Origin: Podarcis vaucheri
Taxonomy: Eukaryota
Assembly (NCBI GenBank): GCA_965113315.1
Contig: OZ220370.1
Strand: one strand, 5' to 3'
DNA: 64,000 nucleotides
A program made the position numbers and the translations under genes. The notes below the pieces were generated by a model. The model was given only the letters and a program-made list of their open reading frames with translations. It did no database searches and was not told where the DNA came from. Within the stretch, counting starts at the first letter, position 1. Each line of letters begins with the position of its first letter. This document shows, piece after piece, positions 40,551-54,679 of the stretch.

Positions 40551-43288
40551 AATCATAGAATCATAGAATCATAGAGTTGGAAGAGACCACAAGGGCCATA
40601 GAGTCCAACCCCCTGCCAAGCAGGAAACACCATCAGAGCACTCCTGACATATGGTTGTCAAGCCTCTGCTTAAAGACCTCCAAAGTAGGAGACTCCACCA
40701 CACTCCTTGGCAGCAAATTCCACTGTCGAACAGCTCTTACTGTCAGGAAGTTCTTCCTAATGTTTAGGTGGAATCTTCTTTCTTGTAGTTTGGATCCATT
40801 GCTCCGTGTCCGCTTCTCTGGAGCAGCAGAAAACAACCTTTCTCCCTCCTCTATGTGACATCCTTTTATATATTTGAACATGGCTATCATATCACCCCTT
40901 AACCTCCTCTTCTCCAGACTAAACATGCCCAGCTCCCTTAGCCGTTCCTCATAAGGCATTGTTTCCAGGCCTTTGACCATTTTGGTTGCCCTCCTCTGGA
41001 CACGTTCCAGTTTGTCAGTGTCCTTCTTGAATTGTGGTGCCCAGAACTGGACACAGTACTCCAGGTGTGGTCTGACCAGAGCAGAATACAGTGGCACTAT
41101 TACTTCCCTTGATCTAGATGCTATACTCCTATTGATGCAGCCCAGAATTGCATTGGCTTTTTTAACTGCCGCGTCACACTGTTGGCTCATGTCAAGTTTG
41201 TGGTCAACCAAGACTCCTAGATCCTTTTCACATGTACTGCTCTCAAGCCAGGTGTCACCCATCTTGTATTTGTGCCTCTCATTTTTTTTGCCCAAGTGCA
41301 ATACTTTACATTTCTCCCTGTTAAAATTCATCTTGTTTGTTTTTGCCCAGTTCTCTAATCTGTCAAGGTCGTTTTGAAGTGTGATCCTGTCCTCTGGGGT
41401 GTTAGCCACCCCTCCCAGTTTGGTGTCATCTGCAAATTTGATCAGGATGCCCTTGAGTCCATCATCCAAGTCATTGATAAAGATGTTGAATAAGACCGGG
41501 CCCAAGACAGAACCCTGTGGCACCCCACTAGTCACTCTTCTCCAGGATGAAGAGGAACCATTGATGAGCACCCTTTGGGTTCGGTCAGTCAGCCAGTTAC
41601 AAATCCACTGAGTGGTAGCATAGTCAAGACCGCATTTTACCAGCTTCTTTACAAGAATATCATGGGGCACCTTGTCAAATGCCTTGCTGAAATCAAGGTA
41701 GGCTACATCCACTGCGTTCCCTTCATCTACCAGGCTTGTAATTCTGTCAAAAAACGAGATCAGGTTAGTCTGACATGACTTATTTTTCAGAAATCCATGC
41801 TGACTATTGGTGATCACAGCATTCCTTTCTAGGTGCTCACAGACTGTTTGCTTAATGATCTGCTCCAGAATCTTCCCTGCTATTGATGTCAGACTGACTG
41901 GGCGGTAATTATTTGGGTCCTCTCTTTTCCCCTTTTTGAAAATAGGGACAACATTTGCCCTCCTCCAGTCTGCCGGGACTTCGCCTGTTCTCCATGAATT
42001 CTCAAAGATGACTGCCAGTGGTTCTGAGATCACATCTGCCAGTTCTTTTAATACTCTTGGATGCAGTTCATCTGGCCCTGGAGACTTGCATACATCTAAA
42101 CTAGCCAAATATTCCTGTACTATCTCCTTAGTTATTCTGGGCTGTGTTTCCTTTGCTGAATCATTTGCTCCAAATTCTTCAGGTCGGGCATTGTTTTCTT
42201 TATCGGAGAAGACTGAGGCAAAGAAGGCATTGAGGAGTTCAGCCCTTTCTGTGTCCCCTGTTTGCATTTCACCATCTTCTCCTCTGAGTGACCCCACTGT
42301 TTCTTTGTTCTTCCTTTTGCTACGAACATACCCATAAAAGCCTTTTTTGTTGCTTTTAACCTCTCTAGCAAGCCTGAGTTCATTCTGTGCTTTAGCTTTT
42401 CTGACTTTGTGTCTACACGTGCTGGCTATTTGTTTGAATTCCTCTTTGGTGGTTTCCCCCCTTTTCCATTTTTTGTACACATCCTTTTTTAATCTTAATT
42501 CAGTTAAAAGTTCTTTAGATAGCCACCCTGGCTTCTTTAGGCACCTTCCATGTTTCCGTCTCATTGGTATTGCCTGACGTTGTGCTTTTACTATCTCCCT
42601 CTTAACAAACTCCCAGCCATCATGAACTCCCTTTCCTTTTAGTATTGCTGTCCATGGGATCTCACCCAGCACTTCCCTAAGTTTTATGAAGTCGGCTTTC
42701 TTAAAGTCAAGAAATTGAGTCCTAGTATGCTTGGCTGCTCCTTTCCGCTGTATAGTAAACTTCAGAAGAGCATGATCACTCGCGCCTAATGCTCCATCCA
42801 CATCTACCCCACTAACCAGGTCATCAACATTGGTTAGGACCAGATCTAAAATGGCTGTTCCTCTTGTTGCTTCTCCCACTTTCTGGACAATGAAGTTGTC
42901 TGCAAGGCCAGTGAGGAATCTGTTTGACCTTATGCTCTTGGCTGAGTTTGACTTCCAACAAATATCCGGGTAATTGAAGTCCCCCATTACTACTATCTCC
43001 CTTCCTTTTGCATGCTTGGCCATCTGTTCCAGGAAGGCATCATCTATGTCCTCCGTTTGGCTTGGGGATCTATAGTAAACTCCCACAATGAGGTCTCTGT
43101 TATTCTTCTCTCCCTTAATTTTGACCCAAATGCTCTCACTTTGGCTTTGAGGATCTAAATCTTGGATCTCTTCACAGTTATACACATCCCTGACATATAA
43201 CGCCACTCCTCCTCCTTTCTTGTCTGGTCTGTTTCTCTGAAATAGATTGTATCCCCCCATTATTACATTCCAATCGTGGGACTTATCC
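40551..43288 (-). mobile_element. Young 5'-truncated CR1 LINE
   Basis: (ATTCTATG)n tail at 40551-40575, uninterrupted ORF2, candidate 7-bp TSD ATTGGGG at 40544-40550 and 43312-43318. Confidence 0.97.
40633..43260 (-). CDS. CR1 ORF2 (partial APE endonuclease plus reverse transcriptase), 875 aa
   Basis: EN motifs [21 protein letters not shown] motifs [33 protein letters not shown]. The N-terminus of the endonuclease is missing. Confidence 0.93.
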   Translation of the reverse strand: MGGYNLFQRNRPDKKGGGVALYVRDVYNCEEIQDLDPQSQSESIWVKIKGEKNNRDLIVGVYYRSPSQTEDIDDAFLEQMAKHAKGREIVVMGDFNYPDICWKSNSAKSIRSNRFLTGLADNFIVQKVGEATRGTAILDLVLTNVDDLVSGVDVDGALGASDHALLKFTIQRKGAAKHTRTQFLDFKKADFIKLREVLGEIPWTAILKGKGVHDGWEFVKREIVKAQRQAIPMRRKHGRCLKKPGWLSKELLTELRLKKDVYKKWKRGETTKEEFKQIASTCRHKVRKAKAQNELRLAREVKSNKKGFYGYVRSKRKNKETVGSLRGEDGEMQTGDTERAELLNAFFASVFSDKENNARPEEFGANDSAKETQPRITKEIVQEYLASLDVCKSPGPDELHPRVLKELADVISEPLAVIFENSWRTGEVPADWRRANVVPIFKKGKREDPNNYRPVSLTSIAGKILEQIIKQTVCEHLERNAVITNSQHGFLKNKSCQTNLISFFDRITSLVDEGNAVDVAYLDFSKAFDKVPHDILVKKLVKCGLDYATTQWICNWLTDRTQRVLINGSSSSWRRVTSGVPQGSVLGPVLFNIFINDLDDGLKGILIKFADDTKLGGVANTPEDRITLQNDLDRLENWAKTNKMNFNREKCKVLHLGKKNERHKYKMGDTWLESSTCEKDLGVLVDHKLDMSQQCDAAVKKANAILGCINRSIASRSREVIVPLYSALVRPHLEYCVQFWAPQFKKDTDKLERVQRRATKMVKGLETMPYEERLRELGMFSLEKRRLRGDMIAMFKYIKGCHIEEGERLFSAAPEKRTRSNGSKLQERRFHLNIRKNFLTVRAVRQWNLLPRSVVESPTLEVFKQRLDNHMSGVL

Positions 43289-43700
43289 GGTTCACTTCCG
43301 GTTCACTCAACATTGGGGTCTGCCAATCAGAAAAGTGTTTAAATATTTCTAGGTGCACCATATCCTCTGCAGGTGATTTGAGAGCTGATAAAGATGTAAT
43401 GAAATCCCTAATCTTAGTAATGGTAACTAAGCAAGCATGCAACATGTGTGGGCCAGGCGCTGGTAGAGATCCATGCATTATAATTAGGGATCTAACTATT
43501 TAAAGCAGATGAAACAAGATCCCAAAACTTCTATATAAAATTGTTTGAAATGGCCAATATAAACTTTGGCTTTTACATTCTCCATTCAACTTTAATGCCC
43601 CCGGCTCTTTAGGAACGTTGCTGGACCTGATGTAATATCAAACTACCTCTGAAAAAGTATTCCCTATGATAACTTTCAGTTTTGCAAGCCATTGTATGTA

Positions 43701-43926
43701 CAGTTGTACCTCGGGTTACATAAGCTTCAGGTTACAGACTCTGCTAACCCAGAAAAAGTACCTCGGGTTAAGAACTTTGCTTCAGGATGAGAACAGAAAT
43801 TGTGCCCTGGCGGCGTGGCAGCAGCGGGAGGCCCCATTAGCTAAAGTGGTACTTCAGGTTAAGAACAGTTTCAGGTTAAGAACGGACCTCTGGAACGAAT
43901 TAAGTACTTAACCCGAGGTACCACTG
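43701..43926. mobile_element. Tc1/mariner (pogo-like) MITE
   Basis: TIRs CAGT(T/G)GTACCTCGGGTTA / TAACCCGAGGTACCACTG and TA TSD. Confidence 0.9.
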
Positions 43927-45107
43927 TATGTATAATCAGAAGTATCACATGAGATCAGTGGGGCCTATTCCCATGTAAACAGGCATAGGATTTTAATCTA
44001 AATTCCAAGACTAACAGTACAATCCTAACCACATCTAATCAGAAGTAGGTCCCATAGAAATAAATGGTGCTTGTTCCCAGGTAAGTGGTGATTTAGGATT
44101 CTGGCCTAAATCAGTGCTAAAGGAAAAGGATGTAGTCACATAATTTGGCATTTGTTTTTAAATGAGCACCTTTCATTTCACTCCACTACTTTCATCTCCA
44201 GATGATTGTGGGGAATCCCTCTCCTAAACTACCGTGTGATAGAACAAACGGCATTGTGGACAAGCGTATCTGGAACAAGGTATGGCCAATAAAATGGATC
44301 ATAATTACAACTGGTAACTTTTGTTTTATAACCCACAGTTGCACACATGAAGAGCTAAAAGAAGGAGAATAAAAGATGTATGAGATAAAAGGAATTGTGG
44401 TGTGGGAGGTAAGCACAGAACAATGAACCTTTCCTGGCAAAATTACCTCTCCTCATGTTTGTATTCACTTTCCTTTGCATTAATTCCTGCCAGGTCCTTT
44501 AAACATTCAGGTTTGGCAGCCAATTAGGCATTTGATCACCTTGATATTTATGCTGCCAGATGGCTGAATGGTGGTTTGCACATATCTATATAAAAATTAC
44601 CCCTTTTACCACATCAAATACACATGGCAACTCCTACATCTAACTTTGATTGGTTTCTTTTTATTTCAAAATTATAGATTCTCTCCCCCCCCACCCGCTT
44701 TATTTTATTATTTTGGTATCTGACTCTTTTGTAAGTGTCATGTAACTAGAATTAATATAAGAATGAAGACAAAGTAAACCTGGAAGAGTTTGTTGTTGTT
44801 GTTTTTACTGCAACAGTTTTTAGGAACCACATATAAAGTCAGTGAATGGGGGGCAATTGGTGTTGTTTTTGTTTCATTTGCCTGACAAGAGCCAGCTTTT
44901 AAAATCACTATTGAGATGAAAATATTAAGATAAGTTACTTAAATAATTTAATTTTAAACCTTAGCATATATCATGCTGATATAAATGATTTTAATCCTGA
45001 ATGTATGGTTTTTATTCTATTTTTTAAGCTGCAATTTTTATAGATTTTAACATTTTGGTTGTATTCTCATTATTTTATCTGATCATATATCTGTTTTATT
45101 AACTGAG

Positions 45108-45140
<33 letters not shown>

Positions 45141-45188
45141 GATATATATATATACACACACAAAAAAACAACAACAACACCACACACA

Positions 45189-45423
45189 CAGTGGTACCTT
45201 GGGTTACATACGCTTCAGGTTATATACGCTTCAGGTTACAGACTCCGCTAACCCACAAATAGTACCTCTGGTTAAGAACTTTTGCTTCAGGATGAGAATA
45301 GAAATCGTGCTCTGGCGGCGCGGAGGCAGCAGGAGGCCCCATTAGCTAAAGTGGTGCTTCAGGTTAAGAACAGTTTCAGGTTAAGAACGGACCTCCGGAA
45401 TGAATTAAGTACTTAACCCGAGG

Positions 45424-45427
<4 letters not shown>
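45189..45427. mobile_element. Tc1/mariner MITE, same family, between (CA)n and (CT)n microsatellites
   Basis: High similarity to 43701-43926; the end of the right TIR is replaced by (CT)n. Confidence 0.88.
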
Positions 45428-45489
<62 letters not shown>

Positions 45490-45819
45490 TAATTTGCATT
45501 TTAGCTTTTTACCTTGTAAATGCTTAATGGTGTTTTTTTTTTTAATATAAAGTGGTCTTATACATGGATTAAATAAATAAAGGGCAGTAACCCACTAAAC
45601 AGTTATGTTAGAGCAACTACTTTTTGCTGCACAATGTAACTTCTATACTCTATCTTCTCACCACAGGCCTCTCCATGTCCCTCCTAAATTTGCTCAGAAA
45701 GGTTGAGGGGAGCCTCCAGAGCAGATTTATGGGGCATGTGGGGAGAGAGGAGGGTATGGAAGTTACACTGCACACAAAATTTGTTGCTTAGTGTAACAAT
45801 TTAGTTGGAGACTGCCATG

Positions 45820-45870
<51 letters not shown>
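45820..45870. repeat. (AAT)n microsatellite
   Basis: Seen directly in the sequence. Confidence 0.95.
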
Positions 45871-46544
45871 GCTATCCATCTTGTAGCACCCTGCCTGATG
45901 CCTCATTCTCTCTTGCCACTCCATGTATCAACTGTCCTGAAATCCCAAGACTGGCTTCTTTTCCATTTCTGGATCATGCACAAATATCAGATATCCCCCA
46001 AACCTCTCATTGCCTTACCCTATCTCTTTGCTCTTATCAACACACCCATATCGGACTTTCTCCCATCCAGCTCCATCATCCTCAGGCCTCCTGTTCTCCG
46101 AAATGACTCCACTGCTCGCTCTCTCTTGCTGCTCCTAATGCCTAGAACAGACTTCCATCATACTTCTGTGTGACCAAATCCCCTATTTTCTTCCAGCCCA
46201 TCCAGTGTCGACACTCTCCTTGTCACCAAACTTTACTGTAATATAAGTACACATAATTAAAATGACCCTATACTATTGTTCTTTCCCCACTTTCTCCTTC
46301 CTCTGTTGTTTCTTTTGGGTCTGCTTTTGGATCGTATGCTCCTTGGGGATAGGAGCCTAACCAGTCTGCATAGTAGTACCATGTGCAAAGATGACAAAAT
46401 ATAAATTATTAGTAGCAAAATTAGTGCCAATTGTATTTTACTTGAAAATGCGAATGCTACAAAAATAAGTAAAGCTGCAGTGTTTCGTTTAATGGCGTTT
46501 TCAGATCCAATGGAATAGAAGTGCAATCAGTCAACCTTTTCCTC

Positions 46545-46730
46545 CAATGAGCTCAAGGTAGAAGACATGGTTCTTCTTCCCATCATTTAATCCCCACAAC
46601 AGCCCTGTGAGTAGGTTAGGCTGAGAAGCAGTGACTGCCCCAAGGTCACCCAGTGTGTTTCATGACTGAAGAGAGATTTGAACCCTGGTGTCCCAAGACA
46701 TGTTTCCCCACTCTAACCACTACACTACAT
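46545..46730 (-). mobile_element. Old MIR/Squam3-like tRNA SINE
   Basis: Antisense A box (ctaaccactacactaca), B box (tttgaaccc) and core CCCAAGGTCACCCAG. Confidence 0.7.
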
Positions 46731-49700
46731 GGATCATGGGCAATCAATACCTGACATTTCTGGTTCTGAGCAAACACAGGGTGTGTCAGAAGGAAAATGA
46801 ACTGGTATTTATTCATATACAGTATATTCGTAAATTTGTATTACTGTAACATTTCTTTATGTATTTTTGTAATATGTTTAAGTTGTCTGTTGTTGCTTCA
46901 GTTTTCTGTACACTGCTTAGAGATATTTTAACTATATTAAGCAGTATAGAAATTAAATAATCCACCATCCATCCACATCAAATACAAACACAGCTTTCTT
47001 ACATGCCAAAACCTTGGCCTATTATAGAGGATGAAGACATGGTGTGATGAAGTTATTTGTTTACATGGCTGCAAACTGGAAAGATCCCATTTAAAAACAA
47101 TCCAAAATAGAAGCTTTCTTGTGCACAAGTTCCTCTTGCACAACCACCTATATTGCTCTTATTCTGTATCCTAATAAAAATTACCTTAATCTGAGGGAAA
47201 GACTAGCCATTAAACTTAACAAAGACCATATGCTTTCCATTTTAGATGCATTCAACTGGTCATGAAAGTTTCCTATGAGTTGCAGGTATGGCTCTTTTTC
47301 ACAAGAGTCTCTGCCCTTCTAACATTTTAGCAACATGAGCACATGAATTTAAAACATCTCAGACACCATGATGCATTTCCCTAGCAGAAACTATAAAGAA
47401 AATTCTCATCAGATTTCCTAACAAATTTTAGAGCCGTTTCCTCTGTACATCTTTTTGTACTTCCTAGGGGTGTTTATTTTCTTCAATTATTCATGTAGGT
47501 TTCAGTGAAGCTGAATACTAATAAATTTAAGAGGTGAAACCAGAGGCCTTCACGGCTGCCTGCAGGAGGGCGAACAAAACTCTAAGCTTGCTCCAGAGTT
47601 ATTAGTATTACAGAGCAATACCATACTCACATTACACAGGAACCCAACATGCACTGCTGCTATGCTGGTGGAATGACTGCCAATTCCAATGTGAGTGCAG
47701 CCCAGGAACGGAAGGGGAAAACACACAAGTAGAAAATACAAACATGGACTGAGACCATGAGAGGCGCCCACAACAACCTTGGAAATGTCATCAAGGACAA
47801 CCAATCAGGGCTGTGCTGCTGCCCCACATTCAGAGAGCCCCTCACCCAAGCACACAACCCCACATCTGACACAAACGACAATGCTTGGTCGTTCCTGCTC
47901 CAGCAGCCCTTGTGGCACAGCCAGCAAAACCCCAGGTATTCCTTCCTGCCATCCAAATTGGTGGCCATCACTGTATCTACTTGTAGAGAACTCCCAAACT
48001 TAACTATGCCCTTTGTGAAGAAATCTTTCTAATTTCTGTCAATTAGCAATAATCACGCCTTTCAGCTTTCACTGGATGGCTCCAAGTTCTAATATGGAGA
48101 ATTATAATACTGTAATATGGAGAAAATCTCTGTCTGCTTTCCCCACATCTGTTTGCATGTGTAGTTGTTTGGCCAGCTAGAGATACATATCTGCCTTCTG
48201 CGAATATCTTTAGGCTACGTTCCTGTACCCACTCGCCAGGGAGCAACCTCTCTTAAGCTCAGCAGGTCTTCTTTTGAGTAGGATTGCACTGTGAATCTGT
48301 TGGCTTTAAATATGGTTTAAGAAGCAATTGAAAAAGAGAATTGCTAATCGGCCAAGGCCAGTACGAACTTATAAAATGTAGTCCATAGAAATAGCTGCTG
48401 CTGGATTCATTGAGGGCTTCATATATAAACAAGCACATAGAAAAGCTATCATTTTCTCCCCAACCCTTTAAATACTAATCAATCCACATAAAGATCACAT
48501 AGATTAATCCACTTATCAAAGGAAGCTGCATTTACTAGTACAGTATGTACTTTATGAATAGAAAAAGTGAAAACAAAAATCAGAATAATTTCATGGGCCC
48601 CTGTCAGAAAAGTTATATTCAGCACTTGATTTATGTGATCCATTTATAATATGGCACCCTACTGACTAAACATTGCCATTTACAACAAACGGAGAAATAA
48701 TTTGTTTAGCTGTATAATCAGAGCAGAGGCCACACACAATAAAAGAAAGCATTCTGGTTTTAAAATGAATAAAAATTGATTGTGTCCCTATAAAAAGTAA
48801 ATTGGCAGAGTGTTAATTGCATTTCACATAAACATCTGTAGCAGTCTGACTCGTTACTGTGCTGTAATGCAATACAGGACACTCAGGAATAAATGCATCC
48901 TTCCAGATGAGTTCATAGATATATTCTAAAAGCGCCTGATGAGATTGTAAAAATCTGATTAGTCAGAACTGCTAATGACACTTAAAACAAAGGGAAATCT
49001 TTAAATAAAGTTATTTTGCTTTCCTTCCCTCCTGACAAATTACATGCAAATCAGCATTGATTGAAAAATGTTGCCTTCAAGGTAATTCATACTAATGAAG
49101 AAAAAGGCCATCCAACTTCAGTAAAAAATATAATTGGCAAGTTATTCAACAATTAGTAAAGTCTACTCAGCTTTTCCCTTTGTGGTTTAATGGAATAACT
49201 ATATGAATGCCTGTTTTCTCTTTAAGGTTAAAAGCACATTCTTTTATTTATATGAATATGTATTATGTGCCTTTCTGCCACAAAAACATACAGAGTGATG
49301 CAGAATGGGTTCTAGATTTCTAAACATTACCAGAAACAAACAATAAGATACAATAACAATGACAACAAAATAGTTTCTCCACACCAGATTTTAGGTGCCT
49401 CAGTATCACTTTGCAGCAGAACTACATTACAGAGAGCTTCCATGGATTGGAGAAGTGGATTCCAAAGCTCTACTAGAGTCACCACAGAGAAGGCCCTGCA
49501 ATGTGTCCCACATGTTCTTTCTTCACAGAACAGTGGCATGACTTGTCATTGAATTGTGGGGGTCAATAGATTGTGACTATTCCAAGTTAAATTACTACCT
49601 TCAGGCAGCCTTACAAACAATTCTGCAAAGGTTTTTGTCCACAAACATTTGTACTAGCTGCATTTCCCCTTCATACCTATATTAGGCTACAATCGAAACC

Positions 49701-50033
49701 CTGGTTATCACTGAGGAGCTCACTTGTAATTCCAAGTTTCCAGAAGCTAAACTGTGCTACCTATAGCATGCAAATTTACAGATAATTGGGGAGAAATAGT
49801 AATATGTAATTATCAAGCAAGCATTGTAAAAGTCAATGCCTGCTACTCCTATATTTCTTACCTGCGTATGGCTTATTATTATTATTATTATTAGGGACAA
49901 CCAAGGACAATTGTTGGTATAAGAAATGCAGAAATGCTTGTTGTTGTTGTTTAAAAAAGCTTTTAAAAACTTCCCAAATGCCACCCGTTCCTCCCAAATG
50001 CCAAAAAAGTATTGCAAAACCAGCCCTATTCTA

Positions 50034-50272
50034 CAGTGTGGTGTAGTGGTTAAGAGTGGTGGACTTGTAATCTGGTGAACCAGGTTCACTTCCCTGCTCC
50101 TCCACATACAGCTGCTGGGTGACCTTGGGCTAGTCACACTTCTCTGAAGTCTCTCAGCCCCTCTCACCTCACAGAGTGTTTGTTGTGGGGGAGGAAGGGA
50201 AAGGAGATTGTTAGCCGCTTTGAGACTCCTTCGGGTAGTGATAAAGCGGGATATCAAATCCAAACTCTTCTT
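50034..50272 (+). mobile_element. Squam3-type tRNA-derived SINE
   Basis: A box TGGTGTAGTGGTTAAGAG, core GGGTGACCTTGGGCTAGTCAC, L2-like terminal stem-loop and CTT tail. Confidence 0.85.
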
Positions 50273-50289
50273 TTTCAGTGTGAACTAAA

Positions 50290-50470
50290 TGAAACCAGTG
50301 AAACTAAATGGCAAGAAGTTCAAAACATGCAAAAGGAAGTACCTATTCCCACGGCATACAGTTAAATTATGGATTTTGCCACCACAAGATGTAACGATAG
50401 CTGTCAACTTGGATACTTTTAAAAGTATGTTGAACAATTCTATGGAAGATAATGATATCAATGGCTATTA
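50290..50470 (+). mobile_element. Old CR1-like ORF2 C-terminal remnant
   Basis: Peptide KRKYLF...VKLWILPPQDV...LDTFK resembles the CR1 ORF2 end. Confidence 0.55.
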
Positions 50471-53400
50471 GAAATTATACTGATTTAATTTATGAATCGC
50501 CTTCTACATGTGCCTCAATGCAATTTACAAACATAGCACAAAAAACAACTAAAGATAGTTTTCAAAACAATACAAAATGAACACCTAAGGCAGAGACCTT
50601 TTAATCCATGTGGGAAAACATGTTGACACCAAAATGCCATCTTCTTTTTTTGACGTACAGATAGCAGTCGCCTGTAGAATCTCAATAGGAATGCTGTTCC
50701 ACCAACACAGAGAGACTATACATTTTTCCCAGTATCAGATGTGGTATGCCTCTGAATACCAGTTGCTGGGAGCATGAGCAGAAGGCTAATATTCTGCTCA
50801 TGTCATGCTCATATGGCAGCCTCATATGGCAGGGTTGACCATGGAAAGGACAACAAAGAAAAAGATTTGTGTTGAATTTTGAGAGTGACATCACTGTAAC
50901 CTTGAACTGAGTTTGAACATGTATTTTAATTGCATTTTTAATTTTTTTAACTAATTGGTTTTGCTTTAATTCATTTGTTATGTGTTCAGCTGACTCACCA
51001 GGAGGCATTTGTGGGGGGAAGATAATCCAGGGGCCAAAAAATCCAATGATCAGAGGGGCGAGACAAGCAGGAAGCAGCAAGGTAGGACCAGGAACCACAA
51101 ACGTTGTTACCAGCATCTGATTGCTGCTGGAAGCTCTGCTTAAGAAGGCTGAAGCCAGCTGGTTGTCATCAATGCCTTTTCCTCTGGGTCCTTGAAGACT
51201 GATCAGCTGCACGTGGGGTCACTCCACCTTCTCCCCCTTCAGGCTGCTGTTCAGCAGGTGAAGCTGACTTCTGGCCTATGACACAAACTTCCACAGAACA
51301 AGACATAAATAAGTAAATCACTTTTATCCTCATAACAAATAAGACAAATTGAGAGTTAAGTTGAGAGATAGGGGTTAGTGTGGGACTATTCAGTGAGCAC
51401 TTGGAGGGGTCAAAATATCAAACTGCCATTCCACCTATGTGACAAAAATTAAATAGGACAACGGGTATGACATGCTCGTTTTGCAGTCATTTCATATGCA
51501 ACTCACTATAATGAGATCCAACTGCTCTCAAGATTAATATCTTATTTATATTGATTTTTTTTAAAAAAAGTATGAACACAGAACATTAAGCGTAGTTTGG
51601 TCGCAAATGAAGAACACACACTCCAAAAAACCTTGGGTGGAATTTAACACTGCATTATTACAATTTTTCCGTCAAGGCAAGCTTTTGCTTTCCAGATGGA
51701 ACTCTCTTCCCTCTACTTAACCAGCGTGCTGTTCTGGGGATTCTCTCCACCTTGCAGAGCAGATGTGTGGGAGGCACGGTGGCAAGTCCCATTGTGCTAA
51801 TGGGGTCCTTGTGCTGGCTTCTGCTAGTGCACTGGGTTTGTTGAATTGAGCCCTTTATTTAGATTTATTTTGCCCCCCCCCAAAAAAAAAAGTTAGAGTA
51901 GTGTAGGAAAAAAAATATGGAATATGAGCAGTGCTTTTTTTTTGGTAAAACATGAAGTGCTGGAACCTTTGTATTGATAAACGTGCCATGTGTGCCTGAA
52001 CAGAATGAATGCCATCGGCAGCAAAAGAGAGCGGGGGGGGGGAGAGTTGCCAGCCACAAAAAGGAGCGAATATAAGGATGTAATTCTATCTTCATAAGTG
52101 TGTGCAAATGGAAGGCAGCTTCTGCAACACTCTGGGGCTTGCTGTATTATCCCCCCCAAAAAACCCCCACAACCCTGCAAAAAATTAGGGGTCCCTGCTG
52201 AGCACTCCGGAACTGCACAAGAATTGGGAAACAACCCAAAACTGGACAAAGTAACCTTGCATACAGTGGAGCTCCACTGGAAGACAATATTTCCACCAAA
52301 TTTTGGGTGTTTCTCATATCTCACTACACTTCTGTGTGATAAAACCAACGCTGTCCAGATGGGCACCTGAAGAGACTTTTTTTGGGGGGGACAGGGGGCT
52401 TTAAGTGGAGAGGAGGAGCAGGAAAAGATTGTTTGCACAACTATTGATCACAACCCACAGATTATATCAGTTCATTTCTATATCCATCTATCTATCCACC
52501 TTTTCATCTATCTGCCAATATCCAGTATAGAGAAAGTAGTCATTTTCCATCTACATGTTAGAAATTGTCTGTAAGAACTGACACAGCACTTTGCCAGGGC
52601 AATAAAAGAAAGCCTGACAGCTGCAATTTCCTACAGATATGTAGAAGTCTTGCGTGATCCTCTGGGGAATGTTTCCCTTCTATAGCCTGTGTCAGGAAAG
52701 CTCATTCACTTCTAGAAATACTGGCCTCCATTCCAGCTACATTCACTATTTAGTATATCTATGAAATAGGCTACAGATATTAATAAGCACCAAAATAAAA
52801 ATGGTATATAAATGCACTGAGTGCTTCCCCCGCCTTTCCCTAATGGTTTAGATAGATTTTTATTTCTAGGTTTGTTCATTTTGTCCATTACATTCAAATC
52901 GCTTTGGAGTACAGTGCAGCATAGCGTAAAAGTTGCACGGCAGCTCTTTTACAAACCTGCCTTAAATAACAAATTATATTAAGCCAAGCTAAGCATTGCA
53001 GTTAAAGTAGCCAGCCACTCCTCTGGGAGCGAGACCCACTGGTGCCTTGTGCTGTCTGCTGATGAGGACTAAATATATTATCCGCATTCTCCTCAACATT
53101 CCAGTTTGAAACTTGCATGCCAGTCATTGCGCTACAAGTGAATAAACAGCTGCAGTGAGGCAGGCAGTTTGAAATCTTGAAACATCCATCAGTTCACAAA
53201 CCTGACCGAAGAAGCAATCATGTATTATACGAGTCTGGCAAAAGAAAAGGAGCTCCTGTCTGCCTGTCCAATTGGTGGGACTGAGTTGGAGAAGGAGGAC
53301 ACATACAGCAAATAGGAGCACCTACTCTTATTTCTGAAATTATGACACAACTCTGCTAATTGAGGTTTTTTATGGTTTCTTGCATTTGTTTGGCAGTTGA

Positions 53401-54679
53401 TGCAAAGAAATCTCAAAGAGACAATGGGTAAAACTCAACCATGGTAGTGCAGCAGCCATCTTGCTAGCGGGAGCCCTGTTCCTAGTGTAGTACAACGGCA
53501 AATTCAGGTCTAGGACTTTCCCAGCGCTACCTGAAAATACCAAGAATTTAACTTGGCTGCGTGCAATGCATGTGCTGTACCACTAGGCTACAGCTCTTCT
53601 GCTGTTTCCCAAATAACAGATGTCCTAGAAAGAAAATACCTAGTGAATGTACAAATCTATGTAAATGGCAAGTCATCAAAAAAATTCTTACGCAGAAGTT
53701 CCTGTTACTAAAAAAAAAAAAAAAGGAAACTTATCTCGGTCAGACTTGGAGGCACAGATGAAACAAAGAGGGAAGAGAAATAGAACTTTGAAAATTGGGA
53801 GTTTGAAAATTAGCAGCAGTCATTTGTGCACACACCCCTACAGCTATTGGGAGTCACAGTGTGAGAAAAATCAAGGAAGGAATGCATTTACGTTGTGGGT
53901 AGAAAAAAAAACAAAAAACAACAACAATTGGTTCTGAGAAGAATGAGGCAGGAAGACCCCATCCCTGCAGAAGTTACAACTGCCCCAGCAACTGATTTGC
54001 AGCTGTATTCTTTTCAGCCCCTGGGATTGCAGAAAAACCTTGGGTATACGTAGCCCAGTTCACTTGCAAGTCCACCCATGGGAGGGATCATGTGGACACA
54101 AGTAGTTGGTAGAACTGCCAATGCAGGTGCACTCCAAGTGCAGCAACAGATACATGGTACTGCACCCTAATGTTGTGAACATAAATGAATGGAGGGATAT
54201 AGAACAGAACCAAGCAACTGGGGAGCAGCGAGGATTAATTATGCAGTAAATTAAATACTAGGGGAAATGCCACTGTGCAGTAGACAGCTAGTTAAATTCA
54301 TTTATGGTAGGTTGGGTGAAATCCTGTATCTTATCTCATTGTGCTCTCTTGCTGGACAGCTCCCCTCCTGTCCAGATCATCTTGATCTATATTCCCCCCT
54401 GGACAGCTCCTTGGTGTCTCTATTAAGGTAAGGGTGGTAGGAGTAAGAGAAAGTGTTGTATTCAACATTTTATTTCCTGGATCATATACAGACATAGCTT
54501 GTTGATTGTATTGTGCTTTACAGATATTCCTCCTTATGAGGACATGGGTGCAGCTGTAGACAGCCTGGCAGCTTTCACAGGAAGGAAGCCCCCTCCCCTG
54601 CCGCCACCCCTATTTCTGGCCACAGAAGTGGAGCTGCTAGAGCTGGACTGAGTTTTTCCCCTCCCACCCATGCAGCCTG

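Noticed and set aside
40973-42577. Plus-strand ORFs inside CR1
   Set aside because: Antisense shadows of the CR1 ORF2.
48937-48965. CTGATGA plus a short hairpin, a possible hammerhead ribozyme (also 3969, 53059 and the Penelope remnant near 60258)
   Set aside because: No correctly placed GAAA core or helices I and III.
50977-51282. TG...CA-bounded segment, possible solo LTR (also ~29440-30130 and ~39190-39500)
   Set aside because: No TSD, partner LTR or internal sequence; cannot be supported without a search.
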